Below are positions 17,519 to 27,696 of a stretch of 33,568 bases of DNA, piece by piece. The notes under the pieces were generated by a model, which worked only from the letters and a program-made list of their open reading frames with translations, was not told where the DNA came from and did not search any database. The DNA is from a virus (taxonomy: Duplodnaviria > Caudoviricetes). The stretch covers positions 1-33,568 of the IMG/VR virus record IMGVR_UViG_3300021075_000008; one strand, given 5' to 3'. The first letter of the stretch is position 1. Each line of letters opens with the position of its first letter. A program made the position numbers and the translations under genes.

Positions 17519-20255
17519 TTGTTGTAATTGCAATTTCAATTGCTAATAGCGTGCAAGGTCTTGGGGCTTGGGCTTGAAGACATACACGACTATCAGTATT
17601 CCAAGAACCACCAAAATTAAACATTGGTGTATCTATTTCTGAAAAAATAGTATCATAAGGAGTTATAATTCCTGTTACGGGATTAACATTTGGAAGTTGA
17701 TCTAGTCCATCAAAAGAAGAGTTATAAAGCAAACCTTTTGAATGAGTATTATTCATTATCACGCCAATAGAATTTACCATTTTTCTTGCTCCTAAAGGAG
17801 AAGAAGAGGCATAAGCTAATTTAGAGCTTTGATATTGAGCGGTGTAAGGAAGTCCTACAATTGCATTTGAAACTGATTGTCCTAATGTAATTTGACCACC
17901 AGTTACGGTATAAGTAGTTTGAATATAAGGATTAGAAGCACTAGGAGGAGAATTTGGATTAGTTAAATTACTAGGACTTAAATCTTTGCCATCAGCCCAG
18001 ACAATCACTTTTTCGCCTTCGAGATGGCTTAACCCAGTTATAGTAGAAGTAGCCGCGCCAGAATATTCAATAAATGAATCAGCTTGTTTGTTTAAAGTAT
18101 CGCCTTGGCAATCTTGTTGGAATGCAAACTTTTCTAAATAACGAACTGTTTGACCATTAATTGTTCTTTTAATAGAATAATAAACATAATCTTCGACTGT
18201 ATTTGGTCCCGGAAAAGTTACAACATCTTCAACTTCTCCGTCAGTTTCATAAAGAAACCAAGCTTTGAGATTTTCAAGAATATCATACAAAAGAATTGCA
18301 ACCTTTCCATCAGAACGCACACAATGAATCATTGTATCTGGCTGTCTTTGAGTATCAAGACGAACAACAGAAGGCTTACCAACTTCGGGAACTGCTTTGG
18401 TTAATTCATCCGCAGCATAATCAATTGTATTTTGATCGTAAGCTAATTCAAAAATTCTTGTTCCAGCACCTTGAACAAAAATTAATTTTTTATCAAGTTT
18501 AGCTGGGTTTACATTAGAGCAAGATTGAGTGGTAGGTTCTACTACTTTAAAATTAGTTGGAGTCATTGGCTCTTCAAAAGAAGTAGTTTTTATCCCTTTA
18601 ACTGAAGTATCAACCCCAATAAATAAACGATAAAGTGAAGCCATCCAATAACATTGATTAGTTGCCCCCGATCCTAAATCTCTTGATATTAAACCAGAAT
18701 CACCAGTAATGTGATCATCAAAACTTAAATAAGCATCAGAGATTGAGCCAATAATTTTAGAAATTCCTGCGTGAAATAAACGCCCTTCTGAAAGTGCCAC
18801 TGCTGATGGCCAGCCTCTATAGTCTGACCATTCTCCCTCATTCCATTTAGTAGTAGGATTGGTCGATCCCAATGATTTAAGAACTTCTGCGGCAACAGAT
18901 GTTGTGCTAGTATACGAAGTAATCCTAAAATATCCAGTAATTGAACCAGAAGTATAGGACAATGAAACATTTGCAGTGCCTGAAGTATAATTTCCAGTTT
19001 TAATGCCTATGCGATAGCGAACAGTTGAATTGGTTAGTCCGTCATCATAATTATAATTTTGGTTAGTAGTATAACTTACTGCATCAATCCACGAAGCACT
19101 TTCATCAAATGACCTTTGCAAAGTAACTGTACCTACCCATGTTCCAGTTATTGTAACTGTAAAATAACGAGCATCTCCAACGCCTGTAACTATGATATAA
19201 CCAGTGGTAAAAGTATTGGCTGCACTGACTCCTTGAGCAATATTTTGTCCTATTGAAACATGTTTAAAAATTGCCCCAACATGTCCAGTTTTAAATAAAC
19301 TTTGACTTGCAGTTACAGTAATATTTCCCGAAATATTAGAAGCAGAAAGTGTAATTTGTGAAGTGTTTGTTACCCTGACTGGTCCATCTTCAGGCTGGTA
19401 AAGAATAATTGACCAAGAGCTATAATTGGTTGCAGCAGATCCACGGCGTTGTAAAATTCTTTGTTGAAGGGTATTACCGCAAGCAACATAAATTGTATCT
19501 AAAGATTGGTCGGTGCGGATTGATGGAAGTAAAGTTTCGGTATATGGAGAGGGAAGGGTTACTATTCCAGCGCTTTCAATTTGAATAGATTTAACAAGAA
19601 CTATTCTCTCTAATAATGAAAAAAAGACAATATAGAAGTTTGCGGTAGTTGGGAGGAAGGCTAATGAGTGGGTTCCTGTTCCAAGAGTTGTTTCAGAAAC
19701 TAAGTCGTCGGCATAAAGAGTTGAGCCGATTTTAAAAGTAACTGGGCCCCTTTCTATAATTACTCTAACTGCATGTTGAATTCCTTGATTAGCTCCAGTA
19801 GAAACTCCTTGATAACGTATTGCTTGATTTATTCCAGTTCCAACCAATTGCATATAGCTTCCAGTCGCCCATTGTGAAGTAGCTCCTACCTGATCTGCAT
19901 TAGTCCAGCCTGTTAAGTCAGTTGTAAAACTTCCATTTGTGATTGTTGTAGTAACTGATGGACGAGTAATTAAAGCGTCGTCAACCCAGAACCTGATAAT
20001 GCTATCGGTAAATTCTATTAAAGCTCTTTGTGTGTTATTGTAGATAAATTTGGTAAATAAAGCCTTATTATTGCTTTGAGTACCCCCGATGTATTTAGTT
20101 CCTGGTCTAAGCATCATTGAGCCAAGTAAGCGAGGGAACCAATTAGATTGTACTTGTGCGCTTAAAGCCACTTTTGAAACATCTATGCGAGCAAGACCTA
20201 ACTTACTGATAAGCCCGCGATTAAATGCTAATAATGCTTGATTTACTTTGCCCAT
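17505..20255 (-). CDS. Tail tubular protein B / nozzle
   Basis: 916 aa; AFNRGLIS N-terminus, RPGTKY, GWPSAVALSEGRLF, VGLPYTA, PRPCTLLAI C-terminus, as in T7 gp12/P22 gp10-like nozzles. Confidence 0.85.
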   Translation of the reverse strand: MGKVNQALLAFNRGLISKLGLARIDVSKVALSAQVQSNWFPRLLGSMMLRPGTKYIGGTQSNNKALFTKFIYNNTQRALIEFTDSIIRFWVDDALITRPSVTTTITNGSFTTDLTGWTNADQVGATSQWATGSYMQLVGTGINQAIRYQGVSTGANQGIQHAVRVIIERGPVTFKIGSTLYADDLVSETTLGTGTHSLAFLPTTANFYIVFFSLLERIVLVKSIQIESAGIVTLPSPYTETLLPSIRTDQSLDTIYVACGNTLQQRILQRRGSAATNYSSWSIILYQPEDGPVRVTNTSQITLSASNISGNITVTASQSLFKTGHVGAIFKHVSIGQNIAQGVSAANTFTTGYIIVTGVGDARYFTVTITGTWVGTVTLQRSFDESASWIDAVSYTTNQNYNYDDGLTNSTVRYRIGIKTGNYTSGTANVSLSYTSGSITGYFRITSYTSTTSVAAEVLKSLGSTNPTTKWNEGEWSDYRGWPSAVALSEGRLFHAGISKIIGSISDAYLSFDDHITGDSGLISRDLGSGATNQCYWMASLYRLFIGVDTSVKGIKTTSFEEPMTPTNFKVVEPTTQSCSNVNPAKLDKKLIFVQGAGTRIFELAYDQNTIDYAADELTKAVPEVGKPSVVRLDTQRQPDTMIHCVRSDGKVAILLYDILENLKAWFLYETDGEVEDVVTFPGPNTVEDYVYYSIKRTINGQTVRYLEKFAFQQDCQGDTLNKQADSFIEYSGAATSTITGLSHLEGEKVIVWADGKDLSPSNLTNPNSPPSASNPYIQTTYTVTGGQITLGQSVSNAIVGLPYTAQYQSSKLAYASSSPLGARKMVNSIGVIMNNTHSKGLLYNSSFDGLDQLPNVNPVTGIITPYDTIFSEIDTPMFNFGGSWNTDSRVCLQAQAPRPCTLLAIEIAITTNDKQ

Positions 20256-20256
20256 T

Positions 20257-20910
20257 TTAGAATCCGTTTACTCCATTTCCATAAAAACCAGAACCAAAGT
20301 TATTAAGACCAAATCCAATTCTTGATTTAGTCCAGCGTCCTAATGGTAAGGTGTCCATTGGCTTGTCTCTGAAATCATTATTCTTGGCAATCCCAAGTCT
20401 TTGTTTTCGGGCTATTTCTACTTTTTGATAGATAGTGGCGCTGTTTGAAATAGAAGGTTCGGCAAGTAAAGCTAATTCTGCTTGTACATAACGCGCGAAA
20501 GATTGAGGCCATGCAGCAATATTACCGCCATAGGTTGAAGCATTTGAAACGTATTTAATATAAATTACATCCCAAGCTGAATAAATAACGCCTGCTTCGA
20601 TCATGTAATCTTGCAAACCTACGTTGCAAAATGAATCAATCCACAACCCAACCATACCTTTGAAATCACTAGGAATTTCGTAAGCATACTTCCATCCAAA
20701 AGCAGGAACTATAGTAGTGGAAGGAGTTATTTCCATTGTTCTAGTGGCAAAATACCATTGTCCTTGTTGAAGGCAATAATCGACAAGATTGTCATTATCC
20801 CAAGCATAATCGAGCCATTGGCGGGATGATCTATTCTCAGAAAGAGAGGACAAGGGCGTCTCTGACAATAAAGCCAGAGCGCCGTTATAAATTGCTAACT
20901 TTGTTGTCAT
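20257..20910 (-). CDS. Tail tubular protein A / head-tail adaptor
   Basis: IYNGALALL, WYFAT, YAYEIPSD, ELALL motifs typical of T7 gp11/P22 gp4-like adaptors. Confidence 0.8.
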   Translation of the reverse strand: MTTKLAIYNGALALLSETPLSSLSENRSSRQWLDYAWDNDNLVDYCLQQGQWYFATRTMEITPSTTIVPAFGWKYAYEIPSDFKGMVGLWIDSFCNVGLQDYMIEAGVIYSAWDVIYIKYVSNASTYGGNIAAWPQSFARYVQAELALLAEPSISNSATIYQKVEIARKQRLGIAKNNDFRDKPMDTLPLGRWTKSRIGFGLNNFGSGFYGNGVNGF

Positions 20911-21368
20911 TACAAGGTATTTTTAATGTGATAAAGGGCTTCTTCTTTTGAAGTTAAGCCATCTTTGCGTAGCGAGTTATCTGATTTTCTGATAATTGCG
21001 AATTTCCTAACTGGTCCCTTCCATTCAATAGAGAAATCACTTTCTTTTGAAGGATTGGATTTTTCATCTTCAAGAGGTACGAAATTAATAAATTTTAAAA
21101 AAACCTCATCCATAACCTTACCAACTACCAATAAAGTGGCAAAGAAAGCCATATCTTCGCGCAATACTTCAATTACTGAGCCAGTTTTTAAAGTTGGTTG
21201 TGATTTGGCAATTTGTCTCCATTTGTGGGAATTAAGTAAGTCTTCTTTAGTAAAAGCGTTATTTAGGTTTAATCTAAATATTTGGCGATCGATTCCGGCC
21301 TCTCTTAAGCTAGATGGCTCAATGTGTTGTGGAGAAGTAATCGGAGCGATAATTGGAGCTTTAGACAT
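20910..21368 (-). CDS. Hypothetical phage protein
   Basis: 152-aa ORF coupled (TAATG) to the adaptor gene. Confidence 0.65.
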   Translation of the reverse strand: MSKAPIIAPITSPQHIEPSSLREAGIDRQIFRLNLNNAFTKEDLLNSHKWRQIAKSQPTLKTGSVIEVLREDMAFFATLLVVGKVMDEVFLKFINFVPLEDEKSNPSKESDFSIEWKGPVRKFAIIRKSDNSLRKDGLTSKEEALYHIKNTL

Positions 21369-21387
21369 GTTTGTTTAAAATTTATTA

Positions 21388-21420
21388 ATAAATAAATGGG
21401 GGCAGCGATTGCCACCCCCA
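21388..21420 (-). terminator. Intrinsic terminator after the capsid and capsid-associated genes
   Basis: Minus strand TGGGGGTGGCA-ATCGC-TGCCCCCA (bulged stem) followed by TTTATTTATT; position equivalent to T7 T-phi. Confidence 0.65.
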
Positions 21421-21427
21421 AGTCGAA

Positions 21428-21718
21428 TTAGGCAGTGGCGGATGCTACAGTCGCTGCACCAGTTGTTGCATTAACAGCCGATACATATTGTAAAGGAGTT
21501 TTAAGCACGTCTGATACAGAAACGAACACGATGTCACCAACATTCATTCCAAGTTCTTTCCCGTTAGAGAAATAACCAGAACCTTGAACAGTAGCCAAAG
21601 TATCAGCGCTGTTGTATTGCCAGAACTTAGCAACGCCAGTTACGGAAGTTGCGTAGATTTTAGAACTAATGTTGCTAAAAATCTGAACTGGGGAATTTGT
21701 AGTAGGAGCGTAAGCCAT
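21428..21718 (-). CDS. Small capsid-associated (decoration/cement-like) protein
   Basis: 96 aa, YNSADTLATVQGSGYFSN...GDIVFV; directly after the MCP and before the terminator. Confidence 0.55.
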   Translation of the reverse strand: MAYAPTTNSPVQIFSNISSKIYATSVTGVAKFWQYNSADTLATVQGSGYFSNGKELGMNVGDIVFVSVSDVLKTPLQYVSAVNATTGAATVASATA

Positions 21719-21743
21719 GATTTAAAAGTATTTTAAGTTAATA

Positions 21744-22631
21744 TTAAGCAGGAACGTTCACAAGTGAAGTACCGTCAGTGTAAAACTTGTAAATACCAGT
21801 ATCTTGGATCACTTTCGCGCCCATGTAGAAGTTAGCATTCACGAAGTAGTAGCTGTTTTGTTGGTCGTAACCAGCGTCAACAGTTGGAGTACCTTGACCA
21901 GAAAGATCCGCAGCAAGACCAATAGCATTTTTATGATAAATGTAGTTGGTTTCTGAAGAAGTTCCAGCTCCAGTCAAGCCAGGCATAACGATAAAATTAA
22001 TACCCATCCATCTATATGTACGTGGCTCATCTTTCCATTTCAAATCCAATTCAGGAGTTGGAGTTTTGCCAACATATAGTTCATTAGCAAAGTTAGGCAA
22101 TTTGTATAATTGAGCAAAAACAGAAGGTTGAATAACCGCAGTAATATTGCCGTCCATTGGGATTTTAGCAGCAGTCAATTTCGCTAATAGAGCAGCAAAA
22201 GTATCTGTTGAGATAGAAGTCAATGGATCAGAAGACCATGCAGTTTGAGAACCAGCGTCTAATTGATCTAAAATAACTTTATCAATAGAACGGTTGATTT
22301 TGCCAATTGCGGCTTCAGTCATAACTCTTTCGATATCACCTTGAGAACCAAGAATATCTTCTTTGTTACGAACGTCTTTAGCAAATTGCATCTGCATCGT
22401 AGCAGTGTATTGAGCTTGAGTGAAAGTGCTTGATGGTACGAAACCGTTTGCACCGCGAGTAACGGCGTAATCGTTTCCAGTATCAGCAACTTCAAACACA
22501 GCTTGATGGCCTTTTGCTTGGAATTGGGTTAATACGGAATTGTAAAGAAGTTTTTGTCTTCTTTGGAAGCCTAGAACGATCTCGTTTCTATAGACTACTA
22601 AAGGAGCACTAGGAGTAAATGCAACAGTCAT
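21744..22631 (-). CDS. Major capsid protein
   Basis: 295 aa after the scaffold; INRSIDKVILDQL spine helix, WMGINFI, YHKNAIGLA, GAKVIQDTGI as in HK97-fold podovirus capsids. Confidence 0.88.
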   Translation of the reverse strand: MTVAFTPSAPLVVYRNEIVLGFQRRQKLLYNSVLTQFQAKGHQAVFEVADTGNDYAVTRGANGFVPSSTFTQAQYTATMQMQFAKDVRNKEDILGSQGDIERVMTEAAIGKINRSIDKVILDQLDAGSQTAWSSDPLTSISTDTFAALLAKLTAAKIPMDGNITAVIQPSVFAQLYKLPNFANELYVGKTPTPELDLKWKDEPRTYRWMGINFIVMPGLTGAGTSSETNYIYHKNAIGLAADLSGQGTPTVDAGYDQQNSYYFVNANFYMGAKVIQDTGIYKFYTDGTSLVNVPA

Positions 22632-22813
22632 TGGATAGTATAATTAAGTTTGTAAGGGAAACAATCTGTTTTAAGGAGTGTGCCAACAAACAAACTTAAA
22701 GATTATCCGTTAGGGTCTTCAGTTGTGTTCTTATAGCGTCCGTTAGTCAGAACTAAATGAGCAATCTTGCTCTAACTGGTCACAAAACGTGACTAGTTAA
22801 TTCTTGTGGAATT
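22632..22813 (-). promoter_or_regulatory. Structured 5' leader of the capsid gene (candidate cis-regulatory RNA)
   Basis: At least five stems in 182 nt; two copies of CTAACGGA (22706-22713, 22739-22746) inside stem-loops. Confidence 0.55.
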
Positions 22814-23776
22814 CTATTTTTTCCTTGAAGCAAGCTCCATCTCAATTTGATTGAGTTCAGCTCGCAATTCAGGAGAATTGTAATAAAGTTTTTCATCGGT
22901 AAGTGCAATTTTTTCAATCTGCTTCTTGCGTTCCATTAAGCTTGGTAAATCGGTTGTTGGGCTGGCAACTACTGTGTGGCCACCTTGTTCTTGTCTAGCT
23001 TCTTTTAAAAAGTGATTTAAAATTGCAGGATCATTAATAGCATAAGAGCCATCAGGTAAAACAGCTTGGTTTAATTTGTTAAAGGTTTCCGCACCCAACG
23101 CTTTTTCTAAATGAGTAGCAACAACGGTTAAATTCTCTTTAAATTGAACGCCCCATTGTTTTTTTAACTCTTCAGAAACAGCATTTTGTTGAGCTTCTGC
23201 ATTACGGATTCTTTCAGATTCCGCTGCATTATTCATTTCAAAATAAGCTTGAAGACTTTTTTTAGCGTCTTCAGGCTTCATGTTCATTTCATGAGCTTTC
23301 TTTAGCCAAGACTCTACAATTGGTTTATCATTTTCACCAATCACCACGCCATTATCTAAAGTAGTGTCGTATTTATCCCAAGATTCAGGGATGCCAGCTT
23401 TTTCTCTCCATTCCGCCACTTGTTCAGCGGTAGCATCTTTCGCTAATTCAGGAGTTGGACGAGTGCTTGAAAATTGTTTTTGTAGTTCTCTATAAGCCTT
23501 TGCAAGCTCGGCAGGTGTCTTATGTTTTTCTAATTCTTTTAAAAGCTTTGGGTCTTCTCCGGCGATGTTTTGTCTCCAATCATCTTTCCAGTAAGATTTC
23601 TCAGTTTTAACTTCACTTGCTGCTTTGTCTAAAAGACTAGCAGATTTAACGGGTTCTTTTGGTGTCTCTGTTTTTACAGGTTCGGTTACTGGTGCTTGGT
23701 TTACTTGTTCTGTTGCTTGAACGGGATTAGAAGTCTCTACGATTGTAGGTTCTTGGATCGAAACAGTTTCAGTCAT
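22814..23776 (-). CDS. Capsid scaffolding protein
   Basis: P/E/T-rich disordered N-terminus, DWRQNIA, LAKAYRELQK, PESWDKY, ELKKQWG; located between portal and MCP. Confidence 0.8.
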   Translation of the reverse strand: MTETVSIQEPTIVETSNPVQATEQVNQAPVTEPVKTETPKEPVKSASLLDKAASEVKTEKSYWKDDWRQNIAGEDPKLLKELEKHKTPAELAKAYRELQKQFSSTRPTPELAKDATAEQVAEWREKAGIPESWDKYDTTLDNGVVIGENDKPIVESWLKKAHEMNMKPEDAKKSLQAYFEMNNAAESERIRNAEAQQNAVSEELKKQWGVQFKENLTVVATHLEKALGAETFNKLNQAVLPDGSYAINDPAILNHFLKEARQEQGGHTVVASPTTDLPSLMERKKQIEKIALTDEKLYYNSPELRAELNQIEMELASRKK

Positions 23777-24090
23777 TATTTAGTTTTGTTGTTAATAGGA
23801 TTGTTTTCCTTGAAAATGTCGATGTTTGAAACGGCTGCTATTGATAGCAACGCTCCAACATGCCTAACACCTTCATTGAAACTTGTTATTGCGTGGCTTT
23901 CGTTAAACGAAGGCGCTGCGGATCTGCAAAGCTTGTTAATGATGGTCGAGTAAGCTAGTTGTTGTTCATATTCGTTAGCTCTTCCTTTAGCTACTTTCTG
24001 AAGGGCAATTACTTCGTCTTTCTTGATGAGATCATTTAAATCAACTCCTCCAAAGAAGTTTTTGGCAAATAAAGTTTTGGTTTTAGACAT
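23776..24090 (-). CDS. Bbp19-like small protein
   Basis: TSFNEGVRHVG motif and position directly after the portal, as in BPP-1-like phages. Confidence 0.6.
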   Translation of the reverse strand: MSKTKTLFAKNFFGGVDLNDLIKKDEVIALQKVAKGRANEYEQQLAYSTIINKLCRSAAPSFNESHAITSFNEGVRHVGALLSIAAVSNIDIFKENNPINNKTK

Positions 24091-25769
24091 TATTCTAACC
24101 CCGCTTGATTAATTGCTTGCGCTCCTTTCCCTATCTGTTCAGCAGCTTGTCCGCCTTGAGCTAGGGTTTGGATAAATTGTTGTTGTTGTTGTGCTTGTTG
24201 TTCGTTAGCCTTCATTTCCTCGACCTCGTCTTCATCATTTAGCCATTTAGCAGGTATTCCTTGACCATCTAAGGCATCTCTTAAAGCAAGAGTAGCATTT
24301 GGTAGGAAACGAACAGAAGGATCAAGTTGGATTGTTTGAGCAACTGCGCCCATCATTTCAATAAATTTCTGCCCTTTATCTGCACCTTTGGCTTCGATAA
24401 GTGGCGAAGTAAATGTAAAATCTACAGTTTCGCCTTGTAATTCTTCAGGAATAGTTTCAGGCGCGCCAAAAGCTCTAACGTGCATCAAAGTGTCAAATTG
24501 CATTTTGCACATTTGGCTATTATATTCGCTTTGAAGAGTGCTAAATAAAGGAGAAGCAGACCTGATCCACTCTTGGATTCTTTGTCTTACTTCTGTCGCC
24601 GTCATCGCTGCATCGAATACAGGAAGAGAAAGTTTATCTAAATAGAATGCTCTTGTTAATTGCGCCCTTGTATCGACTTGCATTTGTAAACCATATTGTA
24701 AGCCAGAGCGATCAAGATTCATTATTTTAACAGCATCGTCAGCTTTCCCTTCATAACCCTCTTGAATCCAAGAAATAGTGTTAGCTATTAAAGAGATGTC
24801 AGAACGAACTGCGCTTTCATGAGCAATCATAGGAGGATTAACCGCCTTCTCACCAGCCTCTAAAAGCGAAAGCGTAATTGATTGAAGCAATCTAGCATCT
24901 GGCAAAGCTGCAACAATCGCAGGAGAGTAAGCATATTGAGAGCCTGAAACAGTTTGCCAACGTGGAATGCAATAAATCATTGTTGGAGAGCCAACGCATT
25001 CAATCTCGTGTTCTTCTTCCAATTGGCAATAGATTGACACAAAAGGAAGCTTAATTTTACGATCTTTCGTTGCCGTGTCGCTATAAGAAGTGTAATAATC
25101 TTCGTTTGTCATTACGATATGATATAAAGTAATGTTGCAATCACCTTCTTCGGCAAGTCTCTTTATAGTTTGAGGACTTAACTTGTCGCCAAATTGAGCG
25201 TAAGCTTGACGAATATTAGTTTTCCATTGACGTACAACAAAGTTTATTTGCCCGTTAGCCGCTTCCTGCCAAGCTACATCTCTTAATAACCAGCAGCGGT
25301 GGAGTAAATTCTTGGTCTTATAATCAATTTCAATCGAAATAACGCATTGTCCAAACACTGAATAATCATAATCGCCTTGATCTACTGCTCTTTGGAAGCC
25401 AGATTCGCGATCATAAATAAAGTTGCTTTGCTGTTCTGTAGCCCATTCCAAAAATTGGCGGCTTTCATTGCTTAGGATTTTTTCTTTTTTATTGTTAGCA
25501 ATGGAAATTTTAAACCATTGCTCACCTGCGGGACGAAGATAAGTTGAAATCGAACTTGCTAAATCCCTAGCTATTAAAAGAGGATAAGATGTTGTAAGGT
25601 TACTGGCAAAATCACGACCATATGGAAAAGGGCTTGTCCTAGTAAAAAAAGCTCTTTGCGGATAAAAGTTATAGGCTACATTTTGCCAAAACGAATTTAA
25701 TTGAGTCTTAGCCGACAAGAGTGTTTGCGCTCTTGTAATTAAGAATTGGGTTTTTGGATTAAATGCCAT
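24090..25769 (-). CDS. Portal (head-tail connector) protein
   Basis: 559 aa; PRWQTVSGSQYAYSP, ALPDARLLQ, AVNPP, MTATEVRQR motifs; Gln-rich C-terminus. Confidence 0.93.
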   Translation of the reverse strand: MAFNPKTQFLITRAQTLLSAKTQLNSFWQNVAYNFYPQRAFFTRTSPFPYGRDFASNLTTSYPLLIARDLASSISTYLRPAGEQWFKISIANNKKEKILSNESRQFLEWATEQQSNFIYDRESGFQRAVDQGDYDYSVFGQCVISIEIDYKTKNLLHRCWLLRDVAWQEAANGQINFVVRQWKTNIRQAYAQFGDKLSPQTIKRLAEEGDCNITLYHIVMTNEDYYTSYSDTATKDRKIKLPFVSIYCQLEEEHEIECVGSPTMIYCIPRWQTVSGSQYAYSPAIVAALPDARLLQSITLSLLEAGEKAVNPPMIAHESAVRSDISLIANTISWIQEGYEGKADDAVKIMNLDRSGLQYGLQMQVDTRAQLTRAFYLDKLSLPVFDAAMTATEVRQRIQEWIRSASPLFSTLQSEYNSQMCKMQFDTLMHVRAFGAPETIPEELQGETVDFTFTSPLIEAKGADKGQKFIEMMGAVAQTIQLDPSVRFLPNATLALRDALDGQGIPAKWLNDEDEVEEMKANEQQAQQQQQFIQTLAQGGQAAEQIGKGAQAINQAGLE

Positions 25770-26116
25770 TAGCCACCGAATTGATTAGTTAAAAGAGTTG
25801 AGGCTCTTCCGCTTCTTTGTTGTAATTGCGTTAGAGTGTTAGCTCTTTGTGCTTGCACTGTTGCACTGTCAGGAGTTGGGGCAACTTGTGGCGTTGATAT
25901 TGGTTTGAGAAGACTTCCTTGGAGTTTTTTAGCGTTTTCGGTTGCTTTAGCAGCAGTTTTCATAGCATAACCAGATGCCACAGCTGGTGCGGCACCAACT
26001 AATCCAGCTCCTAAAAGGGCAGGAGCGACAATCCCAGCAGCAGCGCCGCCAGTTAAAGCAATTGCTGAAATTGCTGCCACTGTCATTAAAGCATTTCCTG
26101 AGCTTTTACCACTCAT
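25769..26116 (-). CDS. Small Ala-rich virion protein
   Basis: 115 aa, hydrophobic Ala/Gly N-half, RSGRASTLLT C-terminus; usual position between terL and portal in this phage group. Confidence 0.6.
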   Translation of the reverse strand: MSGKSSGNALMTVAAISAIALTGGAAAGIVAPALLGAGLVGAAPAVASGYAMKTAAKATENAKKLQGSLLKPISTPQVAPTPDSATVQAQRANTLTQLQQRSGRASTLLTNQFGG

Positions 26117-27696
26117 AATTCCCTCCGTTCTGCGTATTTATCATTCATTCTTGTTGGTCTAACGTAATTAAAATTAAATCTTGGCATTGTTTCTGGTATT
26201 AATCCTTTTCTCCCACCCCACCAAGCTATTACTACGGCATCAGCTTCATCAGGAGAATAACCTAGCTTTTCTTTTACTTTTTCTTTTGGCTCAACTTGAA
26301 TTTTAACGCCTCTAATCTCAAAGGTAGGAGCGGTTAAACCAGCTAACATCCTTGGATCATTTGGCAATTCAATATGAGAACCACCATCTTGTTCGGGATT
26401 AAGAGCTTCTCTAAATTCCCAATAAGCTTGCGATCTGGCATTGGTAAAGGTTAATTTACCGTCTGAACTTCTTCGAGAAGGTGTTTCACCACCTCTAAAA
26501 GCCACCATCATTTCAGTTCCGATGGAATCTTTTAACATTTTCCAAACGCTGCCACCATATCCGCCACCCATATCAATTGTAATATGTGAGCGATCTCTTC
26601 TATTTTTTATAAGTTCTGCCAGCATTTCCTCACCAGCATCGTTTTGAGTAGTATTAAATTTAACTATTTTCCCAAAATAATGATCGTAACGAGTAACGAG
26701 ACACGCAAAATCTTTTCCACCAGCAGAGCAATCTAAGCCAATATTGCACATTGGAATCCCTTGTGGTGGAATTGTTCTTTGCTCATGTCTAGCAATAGCC
26801 GCTTGAACCCAAGCAGTAGGATTAACTTGATTCTGTTGATCCTCTCTTGCTGCTAAGAAGTTCCCAGAAAGCAATTGCGAACGAAAAGGTTCAGGAATTG
26901 TTTGCAGGTTCTTCTTATAATCAGCAGGGTTTAAATATGGGTTATCCTCAAGTCTGGCAGGAATGTAAGTTCTTGAGTGCGGGTAATAATCCACGCCGTC
27001 AATTGTAATTACGCTCTTGTCAGCAACCTCTTGAGATTTGCCTTCAGAATTGAAGATAAACCATCTTAACTCACCAAACTTAGCTGGATTTGGATATTTT
27101 GGATCAAGCCAAGGAGCAAAGAAAGTTCCTAGCCAATCACCTGTTGAATTTACAGGAGGGTTTGAAGCTAGAATAATTCTACATCTTTGACCTTTTACTG
27201 TTGTTCTATTCCAACCGATCATTAATCGGATGTCATTTTCTGGTAATTGTGCAGCTTCATCGACTCCAATGAAGTCAAAAGCGTTACCTTGTTTGCCCGT
27301 ATCAAGCTCACCAGATGAACCCATTCCTTGAAATGAGATTATTTTGCCGTCCGGGCTTTTATATTTTGGTCTATTCCCTCTAACGATTCCGTCAGAAGTC
27401 TTTAAAATTCCTTGTAATCCATCAACCACAGCTTCTAAATCCGTGAATTGTTTGCGGATTATTAAGCTTCTTTGGTGTTGCGTAAGTGAGCAGCCCAATA
27501 GTAAAGCACTTTTTCCTCCACCGGGCTGCCCTCCATAAAGAAGAATGTCGGCTTTGGAAAGGTAAGCGTCTGTTTGAGGTCCGGCATTGGGATACCAAAC
27601 CTCGTCTGGCAAGACCTCATTTACTTCTTTCTCCAATTCTAAAAACTGTTGTGGAGTTAAGTTTTGTTGAAGTCTTGCCAGAATTTCGTCAAGCAT
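26113..27696 (-). CDS. terL: Terminase large subunit
   Basis: PNAGPQ adenine motif, Walker A GGQPGGGKS, Walker B FIGVDEA, coupling motif ASNP, RNase H-like GLDCS...D and SPDEADA. Confidence 0.95.
   Translation of the reverse strand: MLDEILARLQQNLTPQQFLELEKEVNEVLPDEVWYPNAGPQTDAYLSKADILLYGGQPGGGKSALLLGCSLTQHQRSLIIRKQFTDLEAVVDGLQGILKTSDGIVRGNRPKYKSPDGKIISFQGMGSSGELDTGKQGNAFDFIGVDEAAQLPENDIRLMIGWNRTTVKGQRCRIILASNPPVNSTGDWLGTFFAPWLDPKYPNPAKFGELRWFIFNSEGKSQEVADKSVITIDGVDYYPHSRTYIPARLEDNPYLNPADYKKNLQTIPEPFRSQLLSGNFLAAREDQQNQVNPTAWVQAAIARHEQRTIPPQGIPMCNIGLDCSAGGKDFACLVTRYDHYFGKIVKFNTTQNDAGEEMLAELIKNRRDRSHITIDMGGGYGGSVWKMLKDSIGTEMMVAFRGGETPSRRSSDGKLTFTNARSQAYWEFREALNPEQDGGSHIELPNDPRMLAGLTAPTFEIRGVKIQVEPKEKVKEKLGYSPDEADAVVIAWWGGRKGLIPETMPRFNFNYVRPTRMNDKYAERREL

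Noticed and set aside
21718-21746. T7 10A/10B-type frameshift or readthrough fusing the capsid to the downstream gene
   Set aside because: Two in-frame TAA stops follow the capsid, and the downstream gene's frame has a TAA two codons before its ATG.
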